Shown here piece after piece: positions 56,990-64,000 of a stretch of DNA of 64,000 nt; within the stretch, counting starts at the first letter, position 1; every line of letters starts with the position of its first letter. Origin of the DNA: Anaerolineae bacterium (GTDB lineage Bacteria; Chloroflexota; Anaerolineae; B4-G1). A program made the translations under genes and the position numbers. The stretch is taken from NCBI GenBank assembly GCA_034432855.1, contig DAOUBA010000058.1, positions 5,483-69,482 on the forward strand, given 5' to 3'. A model generated the notes under the pieces. The model did not search any database, was not told the DNA's origin, and was given only the letters and a program-made list of their open reading frames with translations.

Positions 56990-57918
56990 ACGGCCTCCTC
57001 GCGCAAGCGTGGATCCAGCCACAGTTGTGCCAGGTCTGCGAGCAGGTTGACCAGCACGTAGACGAGTGCTGTGAACATGACCACCCCGCGCACCACCGGC
57101 AAATCGCGCCATAGGATCGCCTGCACGGCCAGTTTTCCCAGCCCGGCGCGGGCAAAGACCGATTCGGTGATCACGGCTCCGCTCAGGAGAAAACCGAATT
57201 GCAGGGCGACGACGGTGAGGGCCGGAGCGAGAGCGGCCCGCAGCACGTGACCGAGGAGCACCCGCCAGGCTGGCAGGCCGCGCGCTCGCGCGGCCAGTAC
57301 GAAAGGCTGCACCATCACCTCTGCCACGCGAGCGCGCACCAGCCGGGCGATGGGGCCGGAGAGGGCAAAGCCCAACACGAGCGCGGGCAACACAAGGTGG
57401 CGCAGGTCGCCTGAACCGGTGGCGGGCAGCCAGCGCAGGTGCAGCGAGAACAGCAAGATTGCCAGGAGACCCGACCAGTAGGTGGGGGTGGAGAGGCTCA
57501 CGACCGAGATGGCCGTGACCGCCGTGTCCAGCCAGGTACCACGCCGGATCGCCGCCAGGGTTCCCAGCGTCAACCCCAATGCGGCGGCGACGATGATCGC
57601 GGCGACGGCAAGTTCCGCCGTCGGCGGGAGTTGTTCGAGGATCATCTGACCTACCGGCCGGCCGTGTAGCCAGGATTGGCCCAGGTCACCGCGCGCGAGG
57701 TCCGCCAGAAAGCGGATGTACTGCCCAGGCAATGGGTCGTCCAGGCCCAGTTGGGCGCGGCGCTCGGCGACCTGCGCAGGGGTGGCGCCGGAGGCGGCCA
57801 GGAGCGCCTGGGCCGGATCGCCCGGCGCCAGTTGCAGGGCGGCAAAGGCCAGCGTCGCGGCCAGCCAGAGGACGAGGATTGCCTGTGCGAGTCGCTGCCC
57901 TACGTGTGTGAGCGCCAT
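56986..57918 (-). CDS. ABC transporter permease, DppB/OppB-like (BPD_transp_1)
   Basis: ..ILVLWLAATLAFAALQLAPGDPA.. N-terminus and the conserved ..FVLAARARGLPAWRVLLGHVLR.. loop. Confidence 0.8.
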   Translation of the reverse strand: MALTHVGQRLAQAILVLWLAATLAFAALQLAPGDPAQALLAASGATPAQVAERRAQLGLDDPLPGQYIRFLADLARGDLGQSWLHGRPVGQMILEQLPPTAELAVAAIIVAAALGLTLGTLAAIRRGTWLDTAVTAISVVSLSTPTYWSGLLAILLFSLHLRWLPATGSGDLRHLVLPALVLGFALSGPIARLVRARVAEVMVQPFVLAARARGLPAWRVLLGHVLRAALAPALTVVALQFGFLLSGAVITESVFARAGLGKLAVQAILWRDLPVVRGVVMFTALVYVLVNLLADLAQLWLDPRLREEAV

Positions 57919-57930
57919 TCCGCGGTCATT

Positions 57931-59013
57931 TTACCACAGGGGAAGGGAACGGCAACTCATAGCACGGACTTTGATTCCGGGCGGCAATCTGCGTTTCAGC
58001 TGATCCCATAGACGCACAAGGCGATCCGTCAGTGCAACGACTCCAACCGTCAGAAGTATGAGCACCGGGATGCTGTGCCGGGTGTGGCCGATGAGGCCGA
58101 TGCCCCAACCGAGCAGGAGCCAGTGAACGAAGTAGAAGGCGGTGATGCGCGCACCCCAGTAAGAGAGCAACCGCAAGGGCGCGTTCTCGCGGAACCGTTT
58201 GACCAGCCAATGGCACACCGAGAGCCACGCGAGTACGAAGCCGGTGCAGGCGATCACCATGCCGGGGCCGCTGCGAAAATAGTCGCCGATGTGAAAGGCA
58301 GGTCGGTACAGGATCAACAGGGTGCCGGCGAGAAACAACGTCACACCCATACCCGCCGCGCATTGGTATACTGCGTCCCGGTCGGTGCTGGCGGCCAGCC
58401 ACGCTCCGAACGTCATCCCGGCGAGCGGGTAACTGATCCACGGTAGTACGGGGAATTGCACCATCTCACCGGTTCCCCACAGCGGAACGAGCCATCGGTC
58501 GAGGGGAGGCCAGCCGCTCATCCGTCCCCACAGCGCCGGCGCCCCCATCGCCACTGCCGCTGCCAGCACAACCCATATCCATGGCCTGGGCAGGAAACGC
58601 TGTACAGCGATGAGGATCATCAGCGAGAGTCCAGCACAGTGGAGGATATCCACGATCCAGAACAGGTCGGCCGGCGTGTGGAACATCAGGTCGCGGGGCG
58701 CGATGATACCCAACCGCAAGCCCAGGAAAGCGGGCAGAGTTCCACGCAGCAGGTTCAGCAGGTAAGCCAGTGCGATCAGGAAGAGGCTGCGGCGCAGGGT
58801 GGGGCGTCTCGAGAACGCCAGCGACGTGCCCATCAGGAACAGGAAGAGCGGTGCGGCGGGCGGCCCGCCCAGAAGCCGGACGGCGGCGCCGTAGATGGAG
58901 TGATTGGCCGCGCTATCCCCATACAGGAGCAGGACATGCACGGCGACCATGCCCAGTGCCCCCACACCCCGCGCTACATCGAAGGAGAGCACGCGTTCCC
59001 GGTTTCCGCTCAT
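57931..59013 (-). CDS. Polytopic acyltransferase-family / DUF1624-like membrane protein
   Basis: N-terminal RVLSFDVARGVGALGMVAVH.. typical of acyltransferase_3/DUF1624 proteins; about 10 TM. Confidence 0.5.
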   Translation of the reverse strand: MSGNRERVLSFDVARGVGALGMVAVHVLLLYGDSAANHSIYGAAVRLLGGPPAAPLFLFLMGTSLAFSRRPTLRRSLFLIALAYLLNLLRGTLPAFLGLRLGIIAPRDLMFHTPADLFWIVDILHCAGLSLMILIAVQRFLPRPWIWVVLAAAVAMGAPALWGRMSGWPPLDRWLVPLWGTGEMVQFPVLPWISYPLAGMTFGAWLAASTDRDAVYQCAAGMGVTLFLAGTLLILYRPAFHIGDYFRSGPGMVIACTGFVLAWLSVCHWLVKRFRENAPLRLLSYWGARITAFYFVHWLLLGWGIGLIGHTRHSIPVLILLTVGVVALTDRLVRLWDQLKRRLPPGIKVRAMSCRSLPLW

Positions 59014-59171
59014 CCTGACGATTGACGACCGACCACTGTGGTTGTGCTGCCTTCGCTCAGGGTCCGCCCGGGATGCTCACCCTCCCGCAGATCCAGGAAT
59101 CGGGAGATACAGCCCGCCTTGGGCGCTTGCTCGCGGGGTTAGTGCGGGAGGGTGAGCGGTTTCCCTCGGTG

Positions 59172-60581
59172 CTATTCCAGGGCGCATGCGAAGTACAGCC
59201 ACGGCGACTGCGGGCCGTGATTGCCGGCGTTGTCAATCGCCCATACGGCCCAACGGAGAGTGTGAAGGTACTCATGCGGCCTCGTCCACTGGGTCACATC
59301 CGCCGAAGTGCCGTAGATGATGAAGTACGGCTCGCTACTCTGCCACTGGTTGCCATCGTACCACTGCAGGTTGACCCGGTAGCCCTGGATGCCGCTGGGA
59401 TCGGAGACGCTGTTCCAGCGCAACACAGTGGTGCCACACTGCTGGGTCGGATCGTTCGGATTGTTGCTGCCTGGGCCGATGGGGACAGGAGCGGGTGGCG
59501 GGGTCTTGTCCTCAGGTGGCGGCTGAGTGGACGGCGGCTGTGTGGGTTGTGGTGCGCTGAGGCAGATGGTCAGGGTGCGGATGTCGTGGGAGCCGTCTCG
59601 CAATACAACATCCAGGGTGTAGGTCTCGCAGGTGGTACTGGGACAGGCCCGGTAGGTTCCCACACCGGCGACGCCCTGCCCGTTGAAGTAGACCGCCTGG
59701 ACGTTAGCCGTCTCCCAGTGGATGGTGGTGCAGGAGCCGGCAGGGACGGTGGTCGCCTCGGCCCAGAAGTTGATCAGGGCCTGAGGTGTGGAAGTGGGAA
59801 GGGGGGTGTTGGTGGGCCGTGGAGTGGGAACCGGTGTTCTGGTAGGCTGTGGGGTGGACGTCGCACAGGAACCGGTGACGTTGATGGTCACGCTCTGCAC
59901 GTATTTATCTTCTGCCAGGACAATCAGGTTATAGGTCGTGGTCTGGCAGGGGCAGACCTGGAGCGAACCTTCTGAGGCTACCGGTTGCCCGTCCAGATCG
60001 ATGCTCTGGGGCTGGACGTTGGAGACTCTCCAGCGCAGGAAGGTGCAACTGCCGGCAGCGAGTGAAGTGGCGTCGGCCGTGAGTTCGAGCACGGGACCCA
60101 GAGGTATGGCTGTCATCTCGAGAGGAGTGACCATCAGCCCCGGCGTTCCCGTGGGTGCTGCAAGGAGCGGAGCAGGGGTCGGTTGTGCGACCACGTGGAT
60201 CTCGATGGACTCTGAGGTGGCCTCCCCGTCTTCTGCCTGTGCGCGGACGCTCAGGGAGTGGTCTCCGGGGATGCCCGGTGTCCACATTGCCATCCCCTGC
60301 CACAGGTCTGCGCCGGCCCCGCTCACCGAGAGAGGTATCGTATCGTGTCCATCTACCCGCAGCCACATATCCACCGCGGCGCTGCTTGCAGCCCGTGCTT
60401 GTACGGCAACCGGCTGATTGACGGCCACTGCTGCGCCATCTGCCGGAGCGTCAATCCAGACACCGTTGATCGGACCGGTTTCATCGTCTTTGTTGCTATA
60501 GTACAGGCTACATCCCGAGGCGAGCGGAACCGCGACCAGCAATAGTAGGACGATGAGCCTGTAGATTCTGTTCTTATCCAT
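59172..60581 (-). CDS. Secreted lipoprotein with internally duplicated Cys-framed Ig-like domains, PT-rich linkers and a C-terminal fibronectin-III-like domain
   Basis: Lipobox LASGC; duplicated modules CTFLRWRVSNVQPQSIDLDGQPV..VCPC vs CTTIHWETANVQAVYFNGQGV..ACP; ..GYRVNLQWYDGNQW..WAVWAIDNAGNHG (FN3-like). Confidence 0.6.
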   Translation of the reverse strand: MDKNRIYRLIVLLLLVAVPLASGCSLYYSNKDDETGPINGVWIDAPADGAAVAVNQPVAVQARAASSAAVDMWLRVDGHDTIPLSVSGAGADLWQGMAMWTPGIPGDHSLSVRAQAEDGEATSESIEIHVVAQPTPAPLLAAPTGTPGLMVTPLEMTAIPLGPVLELTADATSLAAGSCTFLRWRVSNVQPQSIDLDGQPVASEGSLQVCPCQTTTYNLIVLAEDKYVQSVTINVTGSCATSTPQPTRTPVPTPRPTNTPLPTSTPQALINFWAEATTVPAGSCTTIHWETANVQAVYFNGQGVAGVGTYRACPSTTCETYTLDVVLRDGSHDIRTLTICLSAPQPTQPPSTQPPPEDKTPPPAPVPIGPGSNNPNDPTQQCGTTVLRWNSVSDPSGIQGYRVNLQWYDGNQWQSSEPYFIIYGTSADVTQWTRPHEYLHTLRWAVWAIDNAGNHGPQSPWLYFACALE

Positions 60582-60612
60582 CGCTTTCCTCCCATTTCAC
60601 GAGTGCGTTCCA

Positions 60613-62358
60613 TCAAGGGCAAGAGTCTCGACAGATTTGATAGTAGAGCGTGAACGTGTGATTGGCTCCTTCACTGGTTGCCTCCAGGGCCGTGCCGCTC
60701 CAGTCGTCGCGGGGGTGATGACGCGTTATGCGTCCAAGGCTGACCGGTGGGCCGACCAGGTCCGGCATCCCATAACATTCTATGGAAAGGCTCAAGACCA
60801 TCTCCTCTGTTGTCAAGTGGAGGCTTCGATGCTGGCGGTCGCCCAGTTTCCAGACCGAGGAGGCCTCCCTGTCCAGATACTGGTCATCCACAGGCAACCG
60901 CGCGGACGGCACGCCTTCCACCTCTGCATAACAGTAGACCCCGTGCCAGTCCCGATTGGTGTACAGCCGTTCGCCCAGGCGGATTTCCACGTCTACCGGC
61001 AGTCCGACCGCCACTCCCCCAGGCTCCAGGGAGCCCCGGCAGCCCAGTATGTCGCCCGGACTATCGGGACAGCCGTCCTCATTGTCCATGAACCCGTCGT
61101 TGTCAGAGTCGGTGCAGGCCGCCGGGGCGATAGAGCACCAAAGCGGCGAAAGCCCGCCGTTGATGATGGCGATGCCCTGTCCAGCCGGCGAGGAACAGCC
61201 CCCCCAGATGGCCGGGCCCGCTTCCTGGGGACAGCGATCGTCGGCATCCGTCAGCCCGTCGTCATCAGAGTCGTTGCAGAAGGGCGGCAGTTCTCCCCCT
61301 CCCAAGCGGGCCAGCGCGCAAAACAGGCCATCCGCCCAGTCGGGCACAGGGAATTGTGGGTCATTTCCTGCAACCGGGCAGCCGTCGTCTTCACCCCCGG
61401 GCCAGAGGGGACAATCGTCCTGGTCGTCCACGTTCCCGTCGCCGTCCTGATCGTCGGCGTCCACCAGCGGACAGCCCGCATTTTCCTCCGGCCCGGCCAC
61501 GTCGCCGCACTGGTCCTGGTCATTGAGCACACCGTCGTTGTCCCGGTCGTCGCTCTGGCCGGGGCATCCCAGGCTGCCGCCGGCACCGGGTTGATCGTCG
61601 CACTGGTCCTGGTCGTCGGGCACGCTGTCGCCGTCCTGGTCGCCTGCCCCCGGGTCGGGAGAACCCTGGGATTCGAGTGGGCCGGCCTGGTCGGGGGAGG
61701 CGTCCACATTGTTCGGCAGCCCGTCTCCATCTCCGTCGGCAGGCTGCGGACACCCCTGATGTTCACCCAGGCCAAACTGGTCGGGACAGCGGTCCTGGGA
61801 ATCGGCGATGCCATCCCCGTCCCTGTCGGTTGCGCTTGCCGTTGGACAGCCCTGGGCGGGGATGAGACCTGCTTCGTCGGGGCAGGCATCCTGTTCATCC
61901 GGGACCCCATCTCCATCTCGATCGGGGGCCTGGAGGGCCTGGACGCGGATGGAGGTGTTGGCCGAGCCGCCGGGGCGGGTGTAGGCCCAGGCGGTTAGCG
62001 TGTGGTCGCCGGGCGTGCGGGAGACCCAGAACCAGACGGCCTGCGCGCTGGTAGACATGGCCGGCATATCGCCGATCAGTTGCCCATCGGCCCAGAGTTG
62101 CAATCGGACGAGAGGCTCGTCGGCAGAGGTTGCCTGGACATGTACCGGCACTGCGGCGCCGAGTCCGATTTGCGCGCCGTGTGCCGGGCTCAGGAAGGAG
62201 ACAATAGGTGGGGTGGCTTCCCGGCGTGCGATCGCTTTGGCGCCGGCCCGTTGCAGGGCCAGTAACCCCGACGCCGCTATAAGCAGAAACACGCAAAGGC
62301 ATGCTGCCGTGATCCATACGAGGATCGTCAGTACGCGAAGGTTTTTAGTTCTACTCAT
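60613..62358 (-). CDS. Secreted/anchored protein with about 8 thrombospondin type-3 (TSP3) calcium-binding repeats
   Basis: N-terminal TM/signal; repeated D-x-D-x-D-G-x-x-D-x-x-D modules: DRDGDGVPDEQDACPD, DRDGDGIADSQDRCPD, DGDGDGLPNNVD, DQDGDSVPDDQDQCDD, DDRDNDGVLNDQDQCGD, DDQDGDGNVDDQDDCP, DSDDDGLTDADDRCP, DSDNDGFMDNEDGCPD. Confidence 0.75.
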   Translation of the reverse strand: MSRTKNLRVLTILVWITAACLCVFLLIAASGLLALQRAGAKAIARREATPPIVSFLSPAHGAQIGLGAAVPVHVQATSADEPLVRLQLWADGQLIGDMPAMSTSAQAVWFWVSRTPGDHTLTAWAYTRPGGSANTSIRVQALQAPDRDGDGVPDEQDACPDEAGLIPAQGCPTASATDRDGDGIADSQDRCPDQFGLGEHQGCPQPADGDGDGLPNNVDASPDQAGPLESQGSPDPGAGDQDGDSVPDDQDQCDDQPGAGGSLGCPGQSDDRDNDGVLNDQDQCGDVAGPEENAGCPLVDADDQDGDGNVDDQDDCPLWPGGEDDGCPVAGNDPQFPVPDWADGLFCALARLGGGELPPFCNDSDDDGLTDADDRCPQEAGPAIWGGCSSPAGQGIAIINGGLSPLWCSIAPAACTDSDNDGFMDNEDGCPDSPGDILGCRGSLEPGGVAVGLPVDVEIRLGERLYTNRDWHGVYCYAEVEGVPSARLPVDDQYLDREASSVWKLGDRQHRSLHLTTEEMVLSLSIECYGMPDLVGPPVSLGRITRHHPRDDWSGTALEATSEGANHTFTLYYQICRDSCP

Positions 62359-62517
62359 TTCTGTCCTCCTACAAGTTTATTATTTTCCGGGCGAGGTGCA
62401 GAATCCCATTCTTCCCTGCTTCCCTGATTCCCTTCCTGGCCTTTCCCAGAAGCGGAGGTCTTTCCCCTCCTCCTGCCGGGTGGCGGCGCAGCCGCCGGGG
62501 TGGGGCGAGGATGTATA

Positions 62518-62597
62518 CCCCCTTTCCCCACCCCCATCCCCCTCCCCTTTCCCCCGCTGCGGGGGAAAGGGGAGGGGGTAGGGGAGGGGTTAGGGGG
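62518..62597. repeat. Long G/C-tract palindrome; the core is a perfect 19-bp inverted repeat CCCCCTCCCCTTTCCCCCG-ctg-CGGGGGAAAGGGGAGGGGG (62538-62578) with imperfect extension
   Basis: Read directly; immediately 3' of the stop of the minus-strand gene 62598..62864; six runs of four or more G on one strand. Confidence 0.7.
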
Positions 62598-62864
62598 TCA
62601 ATAACCCCTCATCACCAGCGGCAGGTAGACCAGGTACTGTGCCGTGCCGCACCAGAAGCCGGCGCAGAGTTCATAATTCCCTTGCGAGACCGTGCCTACG
62701 ATCGGCTGGCCGATGGTGCCGTCCAGGGAGATGCCCCCGGCCTCCGTGTGCCCGCCCCCGCCGCCGAGGACGGACCAGGGGATGGCTGTTGTGCCCTGCG
62801 CCAACGCTGTGCCGGCCAGCATAAGGAGAGCCAGCGCCGTTGCGAAAAGTGCCATCCGTTTCAC
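62598..62864 (-). CDS. Small secreted protein (88 aa) ending in the ...YLVYLPLVMRGY tail motif
   Basis: Signal peptide MKRMALFATALALLMLAGTALA; mature part GTTAIPWSVLGGGGGHTEAGGISLDGTIGQPIVGTVSQGNYELCAGFWCGTAQYLVYLPLVMRGY. Confidence 0.5.
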   Translation of the reverse strand: MKRMALFATALALLMLAGTALAQGTTAIPWSVLGGGGGHTEAGGISLDGTIGQPIVGTVSQGNYELCAGFWCGTAQYLVYLPLVMRGY

Positions 62865-62879
62865 GGTTCACCTCCGGCG

Positions 62880-64000
62880 CTATGGGCAGGTGTAGGCGTT
62901 GTAACTGCCGTCGTACACCTGAAAGCAGGTGCGCGTGCCGCCGGTGCGGTTGAGGCCGCCGTCCAGTTGGCTGACGGCAAGGTAGAGGACTCCGCTGTTC
63001 TCTCTCACTGCTGCGGTGCTGCCTCTGAAGCGGCAGGAGTCGGCCCGCACTGTACCATATGACGTGTAGAGGCCGTAATTGGATGTGCCGTTCTCCCCCA
63101 GCGCGAAGGCGCCCTGAACGGTCAGGTCGCCGACGTTGTGCATCCCGGCTGCCAGGTTGCCGCCCTGGGCGATGAAGGAGCCGCTGTAGACCCGGGCCAC
63201 AGAAGTGCCCACTTCGTTTCTCAGCCCCTGGTTATTGGTGGTTCCTCCCCACGCTCGCGCCGTCACGTCGTGGGCCTCCAGGACGGCGCCGTTGGTATTG
63301 TGAATCGCCCAGGCGTAGGTTTCCCCCGCCGCATTGGCAGTGAAAGAGCCGCCCCGCAGGATGGCGTTTCCATCTGCCTTGTTGTTGCAGAAGGCAGTCG
63401 CTGAATATGTTGCATTTTCTCCCTGCGCCGTCACTCCCTCGGCTTCCAGGTGGGCATCAGAGTTGTAGATGCCGTAGGCAGAATGTCCCCCGCTGCCCAG
63501 GAAGAAGCCACCCTGTAGGAGAACGGTGGGATAGGTGTCGCTCTCCAGGCCGACGTTGGTGGTGCTGGCACCTGTGCCGCTGGCGCGCACATCTGCTGCA
63601 CCCAAGAAGGTGCCCAAGCCGCCGTACACCCGGATGCCATAGGCGTTGGTGCCTCCGGTGCCGGTGAACGTCCCGCCGTGCAGTGTGACTTCCGGTCCAC
63701 CATCCGTATCGGCTTCAACGCGCAGGCCGACGTTGTCGGTGCCGGTCTTGCCTGCAAAGGCCGTGACATTCTCCAGCGTAATTTGGGTGTCGCCCGTTAG
63801 GTAGATAGCGATGTTGGAGGTGCCGGTCCCTCCGGCCTCCACGTACACATTGGACACCCGCACGTTGGTGACGTCCGCGCCGTATATTCCATAGTTCGTC
63901 GCGCCGGTGCCGACGTTGGAGATGCTCAGGTCGCGCACGGTGGTATCACTGGCCAGTTCCAGTGTCCGCCCGCCGTCAAACGAAGGCGCCGCCTGGATGA
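62880..64000 (-). CDS. Secreted repetitive beta-helix-like protein (partial; N-terminus lies beyond the window end)
   Basis: About 20-residue Gly/Thr/Asn-rich rungs (..TNYGIYGADVTNVRVSNVYVEAGGTGTSNIAIYL.. ; ..NAYGIRVYGGLGTF.. ; ..SAYGIYNSDAHLEA..); Cys-containing C-terminus ..CFQVYDGSYNAYTCP. Confidence 0.55.
   Translation of the reverse strand, partial: IQAAPSFDGGRTLELASDTTVRDLSISNVGTGATNYGIYGADVTNVRVSNVYVEAGGTGTSNIAIYLTGDTQITLENVTAFAGKTGTDNVGLRVEADTDGGPEVTLHGGTFTGTGGTNAYGIRVYGGLGTFLGAADVRASGTGASTTNVGLESDTYPTVLLQGGFFLGSGGHSAYGIYNSDAHLEAEGVTAQGENATYSATAFCNNKADGNAILRGGSFTANAAGETYAWAIHNTNGAVLEAHDVTARAWGGTTNNQGLRNEVGTSVARVYSGSFIAQGGNLAAGMHNVGDLTVQGAFALGENGTSNYGLYTSYGTVRADSCRFRGSTAAVRENSGVLYLAVSQLDGGLNRTGGTRTCFQVYDGSYNAYTCP

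Noticed and set aside
62518-62597. Possible CRISPR repeat
   Set aside because: A single inverted repeat with no array of regularly spaced direct repeats or spacers, and no cas genes in the window.

Overview
This is a 64 kb high-GC chromosomal segment (about 65-70% GC, estimated by eye) that is almost fully coding and carries about 60 genes. The secreted-protein repertoire (beta-helix proteins, PT-rich linkers, a GH5-like enzyme) and gene style suggest a Chloroflexota-like organism, but that is inference only. I found no rRNA, tRNA, CRISPR, transposase or integrase.

Layout, left to right:
- 1-5.6 kb: secreted glycosidase-like and beta-helix proteins on the minus strand. A frameshift splits the first gene, and a duplicated 3' gene fragment sits at 5503-5650.
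- 5.7-12.6 kb: an IclR-regulated sugar-acid-type operon (TPP enzyme, Gfo/Idh/MocA oxidoreductase, GPH symporter, IlvD/EDD dehydratase) behind a textbook sigma70-like promoter with an IclR-type palindrome.
- 12.7-17.8 kb: a NarL-type two-component system (multi-TM GAF histidine kinase, Cys-rich lipoprotein, LuxR-type regulator) divergent from a tightly coupled operon of a small 61-aa membrane protein and a B12-binding radical SAM (DUF4070-type) enzyme. Direct-repeat boxes sit upstream and 8-bp tandem repeats at the 3' end.
- 17.9-19.3 kb: a small rearranged module (orphan DUF433, truncated ABC ATPase, winged-helix regulator with small membrane proteins).
- 19.6-33.5 kb: a lower-GC (about 50-58%) carbohydrate-uptake island with a GntR/HutC regulator, two type-I periplasmic sugar-binding proteins, two CUT2-type ABC transporters, SDRs and xylose-isomerase-fold enzymes including a ketose 3-epimerase homolog.
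- 33.7-42.5 kb: a high-GC catabolic block (Gfo/Idh/MocA, Zn-ADH, FGGY kinase, SDR, 2-hydroxyacid dehydrogenase, KDPG-type aldolase). It also carries two archaeal-flavoured enzymes, a cupin-type glucose-6-phosphate isomerase and a tungsten-type aldehyde:ferredoxin oxidoreductase (AOR) with an overlapping MoaD-like gene.
- 42.6-47.8 kb: transglutaminase-like protein, GH29 fucosidase, histidine kinase, TspO-like protein and Ldh_2 dehydrogenase.
- 47.8-49.6 kb: a structured low-GC non-coding region with a consensus promoter driving an orphan Dam-family (D12 class) DNA adenine methyltransferase.
- 49.6-64 kb: deoC, a PAP2 phosphatase, an anchored GH5-like enzyme, a HEPN-MNT pair translationally coupled to recJ, an orphan pair of Dpp/Opp-type permeases, and a run of secreted proteins (FN3 lipoprotein, thrombospondin-type-3 Ca-binding repeat protein, beta-helix repeat protein).

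The most unusual points:
- a recurrent extreme C-terminal YLPL[VA][LM][RK][GN] tail on four secreted proteins or remnants;
- the small-membrane-protein plus B12-rSAM operon under apparent two-component control;
- the archaeal-type cPGI/AOR/MoaD sugar module;
- three E. coli-like consensus promoters in a high-GC genome;
- a 19-bp perfect G/C-tract palindrome with G-quadruplex potential.
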